The translations under genes and the position numbers were made by a program. The notes beneath the pieces are model-generated. The model saw only the letters and a program-made list of their open reading frames with translations. It did no database searches and was not told the origin of the DNA. This document shows, piece after piece, positions 31,203 to 41,972 of a stretch of DNA of 64,000 bases. The stretch is from assembly GCA_041739995.1 (NCBI GenBank), contig JBGSMV010000031.1, forward strand, positions 64,001-128,000, given 5' to 3'. Origin of the DNA: Bdellovibrionota bacterium. Its GTDB lineage: Bacteria > Bdellovibrionota_C > UBA2361 > JBGSMV01. Position 1 is the first letter of the stretch; each line of letters begins with the position of its first letter.

Positions 31203-31531
31203 GTGTCGGTAATTACTCAGACTATTCTGCTGCTCGTGTGTTCAAACGTATTCATGACTTTTGCGTGGTATGCACACCTAAAGAATTTATCCACCGCGCC
31301 GTAGCTTCTTGCCGTCTTCATAAGCTGGGGTATTGCACTATTTGAATACCTATTTTCGAAGTGCCAGCCAATAGAATTGGGTACACCCAATTAAACCTCG
31401 CACAACTCAAAGTCATGCAAGAAGTAATTTGACTCGCCGTGTTTGTGCCCTTCTCTATGTTCTATATGCGAGAGGCGCCCAAGCTCGATTACCTTTGGGC
31501 AGCAATGTGTTTAGTTGGCGCAGTTTATTTA
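31203..31531 (+). pseudogene. DMT-family small membrane protein (DUF486-like) pseudogene
   Basis: SNVFMTFAWYAHLK..SWGIALFEY..VPANRIG..QLKVMQEVI..DYLWA; TAG at 31302, frameshift near 31355, TGA at 31430; GGAGG RBS. Confidence 0.85.
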
Positions 31532-31557
31532 AGGCCTTTCCTTATACTCATTCGCGC

Positions 31558-31757
31558 ACTACCACAGCATGCGGCGGCAATTCGCGACGGAATTTTTAAC
31601 ACAGAGGTCACGGTAGACACCGAGAAGGAATCTATCTCCATTCTTCTCCGCGCCCTCTGCGTCCCCCGCGTTATTAAATCATCAGCAGCGAAGACCCAGA
31701 ACTGCCCACAATTTACATCCAATCGGGGGTGCCGGTGCCACGCATGGTTTCGGTAGT
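31558..31757. repeat. Imperfect foldback element
   Basis: Outer inverted repeat ACTACCACAGCATGCGGCGGCA / TGCCACGCATGGTTTCGGTAGT; inner inverted repeat AACACAGAGGTCACGG..GAGAAG / CTTCTCCGCGCCCTCTGCG..GCGTT. Confidence 0.5.
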
Positions 31758-31813
31758 AATTTGTGTCAGAGCAATAACGCGGAGAGCTCGGCGCACCCAG
31801 GGCCGAAAGGATC

Positions 31814-32494
31814 CTATCGTAGCAACGGCGCCAAAGAGGCAGTCCCTGCACCTTTACCTGCGCCAGTTTCAGGTGCGGGGTCAGACTTAACCAATTTCAC
31901 ACGTACGTTTCCTTCAGCGGCACTACGGTTCTCAGCCAGAAAAACTTTGATGACATCTGCAGTAAGAACACTGCCATCTTGCTGCAGTTCTGGATTCTCA
32001 GTCAGGGTGACGATCTGAGCTTCGTTGTCGAAAATGGCGCGCTCCCCTGATGCTCGAATCCCTTCACCCTTAATAATAACGACATTTTCTTTGGCCGTCA
32101 GATTTTTGATTCTGTTATTTTCATCGTAGCTTCCCTCAACCTCCGCGGCCGTCAGGATCATGTCCCCTTGTTGCACCTCAACATTTCCCTGGTAGGCAAA
32201 GACCCTTTCGGTGCCCTTTAACGTGAGGGTGTCAGATTTAACAAAAGTGGGCAGCTTCCCAAATTCCTTATCTCCCATAAGGCCACCGCCCAGTGAAGCT
32301 TTCTCCTTCCCTCCAATGCTTGAAGCAGGCGGGGAGGTTTGAGCGCTCTTAGGAGAACTCTTCTTTGCGCCCTGACCCGCGCGCAGGGTATCGGCGTGTG
32401 CCACTCCAACTAAGAGCAAGGTACTGCACAAAACCACTAGGACTTGCGGCAGACCTCTTATTCTCGTCGCTTTCATACGCATTTCTCTTTCCAT
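31814..32494 (-). CDS. lptA: LPS export periplasmic protein LptA
   Basis: Signal peptide, YQGNVEVQQGD, LTENPELQQ OstA domain; follows lptC. Confidence 0.88.
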   Translation of the reverse strand: MEREMRMKATRIRGLPQVLVVLCSTLLLVGVAHADTLRAGQGAKKSSPKSAQTSPPASSIGGKEKASLGGGLMGDKEFGKLPTFVKSDTLTLKGTERVFAYQGNVEVQQGDMILTAAEVEGSYDENNRIKNLTAKENVVIIKGEGIRASGERAIFDNEAQIVTLTENPELQQDGSVLTADVIKVFLAENRSAAEGNVRVKLVKSDPAPETGAGKGAGTASLAPLLR

Positions 32495-32597
32495 CTATCT
32501 TAAATGTCTTCCCGCGCTGCGAATCCTGCGGTGGGGTTTCGACAATAGACCCCTCAGTCACAAGATATCCTAAGAAATGACCTAAGTACGTTAAGCC

Positions 32598-33344
32598 TTA
32601 TTCCTGAGCCTTATGTCGCTGCGCTCGCCCCTTTCGCGGTTGTTTTCCCGCATCTGCAACTGCTGCGGTTACGGCTTCTCTCGGCTTAACCATGCTCTCG
32701 ACCGAAGCAAGCAACTTCACAATCTGAGACTCAATCTCAACTTCGGCCCCAACTCCTGACACATCAAATGAGGGGCTCGAAAGCTTCACAAATCCTGCCG
32801 CATGCACGCGCCCCGCCACCTTGTCGTATTCCGCACGCTCGGTCTCAATGGTCAGTTCATCATTGCGTATCACACGCACATCACCTTCCAACACGGCGCT
32901 CACCAGACCAGTGCCTGCAAGAAATAACTTCGCCCGTTTCGCAAGCACTCGAACCTCGGCGCCATCCTCCGTAAATACAAAAAGTTCTGGGGCTTCTACT
33001 TCAGCTTCGTTCTTCTCAGGAAAATACCTTCCCTCAGCTGCAACGATTTCCCATACCTTTTTTCCATCACGCACCTCACTGCGCCTAAAGGTCTTAAGAG
33101 TAAACGGAGACTGATTATCAGGTTCCCCCACCGAGGCTGATGACGGCGACGACTCGCCAAGGCCCTCTGGCAATTCCGTGTCTCCAATACTCGCAATGCT
33201 TCTCTCCTCTTGAGTCAAAGCAATCGGCGCTGATTGACGCTCTTGTACGCGCAAAATCCCAAAACCAAAAAAGGTCGCCAGCGCCAAAACTGCCGCCAGG
33301 ATGCTCTGCTTACGAGAGAGTTGAAAAATACGGGCGAAACTCAA
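32598..33344 (-). CDS. lptC: LPS export protein LptC
   Basis: N-terminal TM, GKKVWEIVAAEG beta-jellyroll; between kdsA and lptA. Confidence 0.85.
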   Translation of the reverse strand: MSFARIFQLSRKQSILAAVLALATFFGFGILRVQERQSAPIALTQEERSIASIGDTELPEGLGESSPSSASVGEPDNQSPFTLKTFRRSEVRDGKKVWEIVAAEGRYFPEKNEAEVEAPELFVFTEDGAEVRVLAKRAKLFLAGTGLVSAVLEGDVRVIRNDELTIETERAEYDKVAGRVHAAGFVKLSSPSFDVSGVGAEVEIESQIVKLLASVESMVKPREAVTAAVADAGKQPRKGRAQRHKAQE

Positions 33345-33440
33345 GTTGGTAGAACTCCTGAACCCAAAATCCCACGAGAATGACGCTGCATCATTGATCT
33401 ATTGAAGGTAAGAACGCCACCTCGCTACTGCAGAGCCCTG

Positions 33441-34289
33441 TTAGCCCTGCGAAGAAAGGAAAAATGCCTCTCTTATCGCACACACGCTGCGAATGACCGA
33501 ACTCACTTCTGAAAGCCGCAACATGCTGGCACCATCAGAAGGTGCCGTATCAGGGTTCTCGTGGCACTCGAGGAAAAGGCCATCCACCCCAAGCGCCGCG
33601 CCAACGCGCGCTAGAGGTGCAACAAATTCTCTCTGCCCCCCGGAAGCGCCACCAGCCTGAGCTCCTCCCATGGATTGTACGGCGTGGGTTGCATCAAGCA
33701 CCACAGGATATCCAATTTTTTGGAGAAGCAAAATGCTGCGCGGATCGACCAGAAGATCGCGGTAACCAAAGCAGGTTCCACGCTCGCATAGCAGAATCCG
33801 TTCATTGCCGGTTGCCGCAACCTTTTCTGCAGCAAACCGCATATCGTCAGGATGTAAGAACTGACCCTTTTTTATGTTCACTACTTTGCCCGTTTTCCCG
33901 ACCGCAGATAGGAAATCGGTCTGTCGACACAGAAAAGCCGGGGTCTGCAGTACATCGACCACTTCCGCGGCCGCGCGTGCCTGCTCCTCGGTGTGTACGT
34001 CAGTAAGAACCGGTATGCCCGTACGACGACGCACCTCTTGAAGCACCATCAATCCCGACTCAAGACCAGGACCACGCTGCGAAGCTACACTGGTTCTATT
34101 GGCTTTATCGAACGAAGCCTTAAATACAAGATTAACTGGCAGGTCCTGCAACCGCTCCCGCAAGGTGCAAGCAATCATGAGACTGTGTTCAAGAGATTCG
34201 ATTTGGCATGGCCCAGCGATAACGAGCAGCTTATTTTGACGCCCGCCAACGCTAATGGCGTCAGTGATTTTAACTTCCTTCATAGTCAT
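33441..34289 (-). CDS. kdsA: KDO 8-phosphate synthase
   Basis: IAGPCQIES, KASFDKANRTS, PAFLCRQTD, KKGQF, DATHAVQ. Confidence 0.97.
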   Translation of the reverse strand: MTMKEVKITDAISVGGRQNKLLVIAGPCQIESLEHSLMIACTLRERLQDLPVNLVFKASFDKANRTSVASQRGPGLESGLMVLQEVRRRTGIPVLTDVHTEEQARAAAEVVDVLQTPAFLCRQTDFLSAVGKTGKVVNIKKGQFLHPDDMRFAAEKVAATGNERILLCERGTCFGYRDLLVDPRSILLLQKIGYPVVLDATHAVQSMGGAQAGGASGGQREFVAPLARVGAALGVDGLFLECHENPDTAPSDGASMLRLSEVSSVIRSVCAIREAFFLSSQG

Positions 34290-34366
34290 CCAATGATTTC
34301 GCCTGAGAAGCTCTCATACTGAGGACGTTCCCTACTCGGGACTTCCCTATGGAGCGGTCTCAGGTC

Positions 34367-36349
<1,983 letters not shown>

Positions 36350-36649
36350 TTAGAGAAGATACCGAGAGAGTCCAAACTCACATTTGTTGAGGTCTAAGAA
36401 GAGGCAATCCCCGAAAGTCCCCTCCCCCCTCATATTCCAAAATTCTGGTTGAGTTTGAACAGGTTAAATCCTCATAAATTTATCGTAACGATATTAGCTT
36501 TTTAGCAGAAAGTACCCCCATTTTTCGCCTCACTGAGTCCTCAGCCAACTACTGCGTCTCATCATTTCGCTGCTCTGCGCCGATAATTCTGGTGAGAGAG
36601 TTTCGTAACCTAGTCAGCTAGAAACTGCTGTGGTTCGGTCTCAGCTGCA

Positions 36650-38116
36650 ATGATTGAAACATCTATTATGAATCTGCTTGCAATCGCCCTGGGGGCTATT
36701 GGTGTGCTCCTCATGGCACATAGTCTGTCAAGACAGTCACTCATTCGAGCACTTGCTCGTGAGCTGCGCGCTATTCGAGAGCGCGAACAAGAGCTCAGGA
36801 TTCGCTTTGATGACCTCTCTTCCAAAGTTAACAACAGCCTGACACAGGTGAGCAAACTCACCAGCATGTACGATAAGCGCATCGCGAACATCGAAGACGG
36901 TCTAAGCCGCAAGAATCCTCAAGAGAAACTCTTTCAATTGGAATCCGAGGTAGATCAGGAGATGCGGGACCGTCTGCTTCGCTTGGAGCAGTTGGCAGTC
37001 TCCGGAGCGACCCCGAGCGCTACGGAGGGCGACAGCAAAGCGGCGACGGCTTCCGAAACACCGTCCGCTGCTCCGACCCAAGACTCAACTCCTTCAGCAC
37101 CAGCGGTGAGCGTACCTCTCAGCACTGTAATGCAGCCATGGAATTCGTCGATTCGAAAAGACTTCGTGACGATCTCGGCTCTCAAGGATGCTCCGGCGAA
37201 AAAGATCATCGAGGCGCTCCAAAAGGCGTTACGTACACACCACATGGAATCTCTAATCGATAGCGCCTTTGAAGAACAACTATCTCACGCATTAGTCTCG
37301 AAAAACGGTAATGGCAGCGCGCATGGGCTAGACCAGGCCTTGCTTTCGGAATCCCTTTCTCGGGCCTTGCAGGAGCATCTCAAACCCGCTCACATGTTCA
37401 GCTGCAAGTCAGCGGAAATTGACCAAAAGCTTCGTACATTACTCATGGTCGGTCCGAAGAACGCAGGAAAGACTGCTCAATGTGTCAGCATTGCGCGAAT
37501 GCTGCAACGTGAGGGAGCAAAGGTTCTTCTGGCGGACTGCACCGGCGGCAGCGAGCGCGACGGCGTCTCTCTTGCAAGCCACCATCGAGCTGGAGACCTC
37601 GAGGTGGTAGCTCCTCTGATAAACACCAAACCACATCATGTGGCCTACAAGGCAATTCATCGCGCACAAGACGAGCACTTCGAGATAGTGCTACTCGACA
37701 CCCCGCCTGCCCTGTCGGGGCGTAACAAAGTTTCCCCTGAAGTTACCTCTATTGCGGGAATGATCGCGCGTGAGCACCCACACCCACCGCACGAAACGGT
37801 GCTTATTCTTGACGCTTCCAACCCCAAAGAGGCGATTACTCAAGGAAAGTGCTTACTCGCCGCAGGGGCATTTTCTGGCCTTGCCCTTACTCATCTTGAC
37901 GCGCTGCCGCATCCAGGCGCCGTGCTTGAGATCGTTTCAGCACTAAACATGCCGCTCTGGTTTGTGAGCTACGGTCCGTCTGAGCGTGAATTCTGTCGCT
38001 TTGATTCGGCTCAGTACTCGAAACTACTTTTTGGTTTAGCCGATGTCACCAAAGAGCCCGAACCCTCTCGCGCAGAGTCGAAGTCAGATGAGAGCGCGGG
38101 TCAGTCTTTTTCCTAG
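36650..38116 (+). CDS. Membrane-anchored SRP-family (FtsY/FlhF-like) GTPase-domain protein with degenerate G motifs
   Basis: N-terminal TM and coiled coil; C-terminal SRP54-type domain with GPKNAGKT, LADCTG, LDTPP, LTHLD, PLWFVSYG. Confidence 0.7.
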   Translation: MIETSIMNLLAIALGAIGVLLMAHSLSRQSLIRALARELRAIREREQELRIRFDDLSSKVNNSLTQVSKLTSMYDKRIANIEDGLSRKNPQEKLFQLESEVDQEMRDRLLRLEQLAVSGATPSATEGDSKAATASETPSAAPTQDSTPSAPAVSVPLSTVMQPWNSSIRKDFVTISALKDAPAKKIIEALQKALRTHHMESLIDSAFEEQLSHALVSKNGNGSAHGLDQALLSESLSRALQEHLKPAHMFSCKSAEIDQKLRTLLMVGPKNAGKTAQCVSIARMLQREGAKVLLADCTGGSERDGVSLASHHRAGDLEVVAPLINTKPHHVAYKAIHRAQDEHFEIVLLDTPPALSGRNKVSPEVTSIAGMIAREHPHPPHETVLILDASNPKEAITQGKCLLAAGAFSGLALTHLDALPHPGAVLEIVSALNMPLWFVSYGPSEREFCRFDSAQYSKLLFGLADVTKEPEPSRAESKSDESAGQSFS

Positions 38117-38175
38117 GAGTCTGTGACGCAGACACAGACGACGAGGTCCCGCCGACTTGTCCGCCGTAGCTCTAG
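38113..38175. mobile_element. Family C repeat, partial copy 2
   Basis: CTAGGAGTCTGTGACGCAGACACAGACGACGAGGTCCCGCCGACTT, near-identical to the reverse complement of the right end of 20342-20497; CTAG contains the stop of 36650..38116. Confidence 0.75.
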
Positions 38176-38239
38176 AGGCTGTCCGAAAAGTCTGCAAGCA
38201 AGAAGAATACTTAAACGAACTTCTGACTCAGCACCCTAG
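38172..38239. mobile_element. CTAG-bounded fragment ending in a family B terminus
   Basis: ATACTTAAACGAACTTCTGACTCAGCACCCTAG resembles ATACTTAAATGAACGTTTAACTGAGGACACTAG at 41119-41151. Confidence 0.55.
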
Positions 38240-38374
38240 CGAATCTCTGAAATACCCGTTTCCCTTCCTTCGTGTTCTTCGTGTTTTAACCAAATCTAGG
38301 CCAAATTCTAGCGTTTGTTTGCACCACTAAGCGCACAAAGACCACTAAGATTTAGTATCCCAGAGTGTCCCTAG
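38236..38374. mobile_element. MITE-like repeat, family A copy 2
   Basis: CTAGCGAATCTCTG...CAGAGTGTCCCTAG; internal TTTGTTTGCACCACTAAG..AAGACCACTAAGATTTAG. Confidence 0.75.
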
Positions 38375-38462
38375 CTGAAATTTTGAATAGCCATGCCCAA
38401 TTAAAAGAAGCGTGAAGAAGTAGCCTTTTGCACCGCGGTGAGCACTCGATGCCAGCCTCGCG

Positions 38463-39182
38463 TCACGGCACGATCGGCTCCAATAGCAGTTCGACTCGCC
38501 GATTGGCCGCCCTCCCCTCGTCGCTACCATTCGAGGCAACCGGTCGAGTATCAGCGTACCCAACTGCGGAGAAGCGGCTTCCCTGCACTCCGTTCTGAAT
38601 CAGCACTTGAACTACCTCAATCGCCCGTCCCGCCGACAGCTCCCAGTTAGACGGGAACTCGCTTGTCGCGATCGGTGTACTATCGGTATGTCCTTCCACC
38701 TTAATGCTTGCTTGCTGAGAGGCCAACATGGGAGCAAGAACTTGTAGGAGCTCACTAGTATTCCCAGACAACTCTCGCTTTCCAGGAAGAAAACCTCCGC
38801 CGCCAAGCGAAATTCCTACTCCTTCGTCCAGAATCTTCAGCTGAATTTCTTCAGGAAACTCCAGTATGGGATCATTGGCATGTCGTACCATGGGCTCGCC
38901 CAACTGTGTCGCAAGCACCTTCCTGGCTTCCTTCGCCAGTTGGACCGAGGCGCTCTGCACCTTGACTCGGCGCTCAAGGGAGAGTCCAAGCCCGCTCGCA
39001 AGACTTTCATTATCAAGCGACGCCATGGAAAGTTGCATGACAAAGCCCGTCAGTAACAGCAAAAGCAAATCCGAAAAGGTGAGAAGCCAGGGAGTTCCTA
39101 AATTCTCTGGATCCCTACCCCTCAGGAGCGAGAGTCCTCGACGGTAGCTCCCACGCACATATTGTCCGGATTCGCCCCTCAT
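38463..39182 (-). CDS. motB: Flagellar stator MotB/PomB family protein (conserved Asp present)
   Basis: PWLLTFSDLLLLLL TM; OmpA-like EGHTD..SNWELSAGRA..NRRVE. Confidence 0.88.
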   Translation of the reverse strand: MRGESGQYVRGSYRRGLSLLRGRDPENLGTPWLLTFSDLLLLLLTGFVMQLSMASLDNESLASGLGLSLERRVKVQSASVQLAKEARKVLATQLGEPMVRHANDPILEFPEEIQLKILDEGVGISLGGGGFLPGKRELSGNTSELLQVLAPMLASQQASIKVEGHTDSTPIATSEFPSNWELSAGRAIEVVQVLIQNGVQGSRFSAVGYADTRPVASNGSDEGRAANRRVELLLEPIVP

Positions 39183-39820
39183 TCGGCGCCCTCAACCACA
39201 ATGGTGACCCTACGATTCTGGGCTCTGCCATACTCCGAGTCGTTTGAGGTCACGGGAACAAACTCGCCTCGACCAGCTGCAGATACTCGCTTGGTCGAAA
39301 CTCCAGCCTGGGTAAAAATCCGCAGCACCGAGACCGCTCGCGCGGCTGAGAGCTCCCAGTTGCTGCGGAATCTGCCACCCATCATGGCCTGGTCATCAGT
39401 GTGCCCCTCAATTCTCGCCACAAGATTTAGTTCGGCAACGATGCGGGCAATGCGCCGGATAATCGGCACATACTCGGGTTGAATCCGGTCATCACCACTT
39501 CCAAAAAGCTCACCACCTGGAAGTGTTAACGTGTAGCGTCCATCCTTCTCAAGCACCCCGAAGTTCGCGCGCGTTGCGATTTGCTTTATCTGAGAAGTGG
39601 TTACTCTTTCGGATCGAAGCTTCTTAAGCCCTGACCTACCACCATAGTGGCTGCGAATCGCCTCTAATACATTAGACTCTTTGATTGAATCTGGAGTCGA
39701 TCGAGAAACTAAATAGACGAAAAGACATAGGAGAATAAGAATCAAGCTCGTGAAGGAGACACCGAACGTTGAGCTTCGTTCTTGCTCGCTCTCTTCTAGT
39801 CTCGCACCCGACCTTCTCAC
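39179..39820 (-). CDS. MotB-like protein lacking the TM Asp
   Basis: FGVSFTSLILILLCLFV TM; EGHTDD..SNWELSAARA..NRRV. Confidence 0.82.
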   Translation of the reverse strand: MRRSGARLEESEQERSSTFGVSFTSLILILLCLFVYLVSRSTPDSIKESNVLEAIRSHYGGRSGLKKLRSERVTTSQIKQIATRANFGVLEKDGRYTLTLPGGELFGSGDDRIQPEYVPIIRRIARIVAELNLVARIEGHTDDQAMMGGRFRSNWELSAARAVSVLRIFTQAGVSTKRVSAAGRGEFVPVTSNDSEYGRAQNRRVTIVVEGAE

Positions 39821-39905
39821 TGTGCTTTTTCCTTACGTTCTCTCTGTGCTCGCAACGTCATTCGGAGACCTTGAGAACTACCCTTCGCTGTCTTTGGGTA
39901 GCGTT

Positions 39906-40694
39906 CTACTTGTACTCAGAAACACGCTTATCAGTAGGGAGGAACCCAAGAAGCCTGCGCTCGATAGTGCGTGGATTCAAGCGTTGCGCAAGACAGACCA
40001 CTCCTTCCACTGTGAGCTCTTTGACGAGGAATTCTTCCTCACTACGATTTCTGAGCTTTCCCGCAAACGGTAAGCAAATCACATTGGCAAATAGCGCTCC
40101 GTAGAAGGTAGTGAGCAGAGCTACCGACATCGCAGGTCCGATCTTACTCGGTGTGTCCAAGCTCTGCAGCATTTGCACCAGCCCAATCAGTGTTCCCACC
40201 AGCCCCATCGCCGGAGCAATCGCGCCCATCGTTGAAAAAAGCCGGGCCCCACTGCGATGTCGATCTTCAAGGAACGAAAGCTCAATCGACATCACCCGTC
40301 GAATCTCTCGTTCTTCCACGCCTTCAAGCAGGAGCTCCAGGCACGCCCCAAAGAAAGAATCCTGTTCCTCATCAAACTCACTGCGCAATGAAGCGATATC
40401 TTCAGAGCGAAGTCGGCGAGAGAAATGTAAAATGCGCGCGATGCGCTCGCGCAGTGCGGAACGCTCCGGAAAGAAAGCGGTCTTTACCAACCCAAACGTA
40501 CGCCCCACCTCGGCCAGCGGATGATTGATCATGGTCGCGCCAAGCGTACCCCCAAGGACGATCAACATTGAGGGCACATCCCAAAAGACACGCATGTCTC
40601 CGCCAAGGCGTATGGCGTAGAAGACAAGTCCGAATGCGGCGATAATTCCAAGAATGGTAGCGAAGTCTATTTGCTTGTGTGAGAAAAATAGCAT
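39906..40694 (-). CDS. motA: MotA/PomA family stator subunit
   Basis: DFATILG, PSMLIVLGGTLG, APAMGLVGTLIGLVQML, ALLTTFYG; ORF open to 40745. Confidence 0.9.
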   Translation of the reverse strand: MLFFSHKQIDFATILGIIAAFGLVFYAIRLGGDMRVFWDVPSMLIVLGGTLGATMINHPLAEVGRTFGLVKTAFFPERSALRERIARILHFSRRLRSEDIASLRSEFDEEQDSFFGACLELLLEGVEEREIRRVMSIELSFLEDRHRSGARLFSTMGAIAPAMGLVGTLIGLVQMLQSLDTPSKIGPAMSVALLTTFYGALFANVICLPFAGKLRNRSEEEFLVKELTVEGVVCLAQRLNPRTIERRLLGFLPTDKRVSEYK

Positions 40695-40748
40695 GTGTGC
40701 GCTGCTCGTGTTGATGGTTCTCTTCTGGGGAGCGACCTGCTCCAATTG

Positions 40749-40896
40749 CTAGGGACTCTCTGAAAAACTAAATCTTAGTGGTCTTGGTGGTCTTAGTGGT
40801 GCAAACAAACTCTAGCACTTGGCCTGAAGTTGATTAACGCACGAAGACCACAAAGCGTACGAAGATAAAAACACGGGTTATTCAGAAGTTCCCTAG
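40749..40896. mobile_element. MITE-like repeat, family A copy 3 (inverted relative to copies 1 and 2)
   Basis: Terminal inverted repeats CTAGGGACTCTCTGAA / TTCAGAAGTTCCCTAG. Confidence 0.8.
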
Positions 40897-41010
40897 TCGT
40901 TTCTATCACTGGCATGGCACTTCGGTCACCGACAAATCTGGGCCCGGCGAGACCACCAGAAGCCCATTCAAAGCTTGGGAAGACGAAGCGGTAGGCCGGG
41001 AACCTCCTAA

Positions 41011-41151
41011 CTAGTATCCTGAGTTAAGAGTTCGAGAAACCATTCTCCCCGCGCTCGCTGAGCTCTTTGTGAATTTTTAATGAATTATACAAAGAGTGCG
41101 GCAAGCACAGCGAGTACGATACTTAAATGAACGTTTAACTGAGGACACTAG
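41011..41151. mobile_element. MITE-like repeat, family B copy 4
   Basis: Terminal inverted repeats CTAGTATCCTGAGTTAA / TTAACTGAGGACACTAG; right CTAG contains the kdsB stop. Confidence 0.8.
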
Positions 41152-41939
41152 AGCTTCATCTCGCGTGCATATTCTCGAGCTCGCTCCAAATCCTCTGGGG
41201 TATCGACTTCAATTGAGGGGTGAACCTGAGCAAGCGGGGCCACATGCACAAAGATTTCGATGCCTGCAACAACCGCTCGAAGCTGCTCAAGTTTCTCTCT
41301 TCGCTCCGCCAAAGTGGGCTCAAGCTCAGTAAGGCGTCGAAGCGCCTGTGGTCGAAACAAGTACAACCCCATGTGTTTTAGGCCAATCGGCTCTGCCGTC
41401 GATGGCACAACCTCAGAAGGTTCACGCCAATAAGGAATAGGCGCACGCGAGAAATAAAGTGCGCGCCCGTATTCAGCGCACACCACCTTGACCATCGAAG
41501 GATTCTGAAATTCCTCGTAAGAGGTGAAAGGGCTCGCCGCCGTTCCGATTCCAAAGCGAGCATCGGACTGCAAGAAAGTCTGTAATGCATTCTCGATCAG
41601 CTCCGGATTAATGAAGGGCATATCGCCTTGAATATTTGCGATGCACTTTGGTTCAGCTCCAGTTTTACAGATCTGCTGGAGCACCTCGGCAACCCGGTCA
41701 GAACCGGTAAGGTGCGAAGCACTGGTGAGCGCAACTTCGGCACCGAATTCTTGGGCATGAGCAAGGATTTGCTGATCGTCCGAAGCAACAATGACCCTAG
41801 AAAAGCGTGGCACTTTTGAAGCGCGCTCCCATACGCGCTGCACCAGGGACTTGCCCCCAATGTCCTGCAGTGGCTTGCCAGGTAGCCGTACGCTTTTCAT
41901 GCGGGCGGGAATTATCGCAACACAATCAGAAGGGCTCAT
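41148..41939 (-). CDS. kdsB: 3-deoxy-manno-octulosonate cytidylyltransferase
   Basis: IIPARMKSVRLPGKPL, GSDRVAE, NIQGD, ALYFSRAPIP, EKLEQLR. Confidence 0.96.
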   Translation of the reverse strand: MSPSDCVAIIPARMKSVRLPGKPLQDIGGKSLVQRVWERASKVPRFSRVIVASDDQQILAHAQEFGAEVALTSASHLTGSDRVAEVLQQICKTGAEPKCIANIQGDMPFINPELIENALQTFLQSDARFGIGTAASPFTSYEEFQNPSMVKVVCAEYGRALYFSRAPIPYWREPSEVVPSTAEPIGLKHMGLYLFRPQALRRLTELEPTLAERREKLEQLRAVVAGIEIFVHVAPLAQVHPSIEVDTPEDLERAREYAREMKL

Positions 41940-41972
41940 AGAGCAGCACAACTTATATAGACAACACGCAAA

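Noticed and set aside
31439..31756. 105-aa ORF from the track
   Set aside because: Chimera of the DMT pseudogene tail and read-through into a repeat
38463..40745. Zorya (ZorAB) or ExbBD/TolQR interpretation of the motAB-like genes
   Set aside because: MotA lacks the long ZorA tail, no ZorC/D/E genes are present, and the SNWELS peptidoglycan-binding domains are flagellar MotB type
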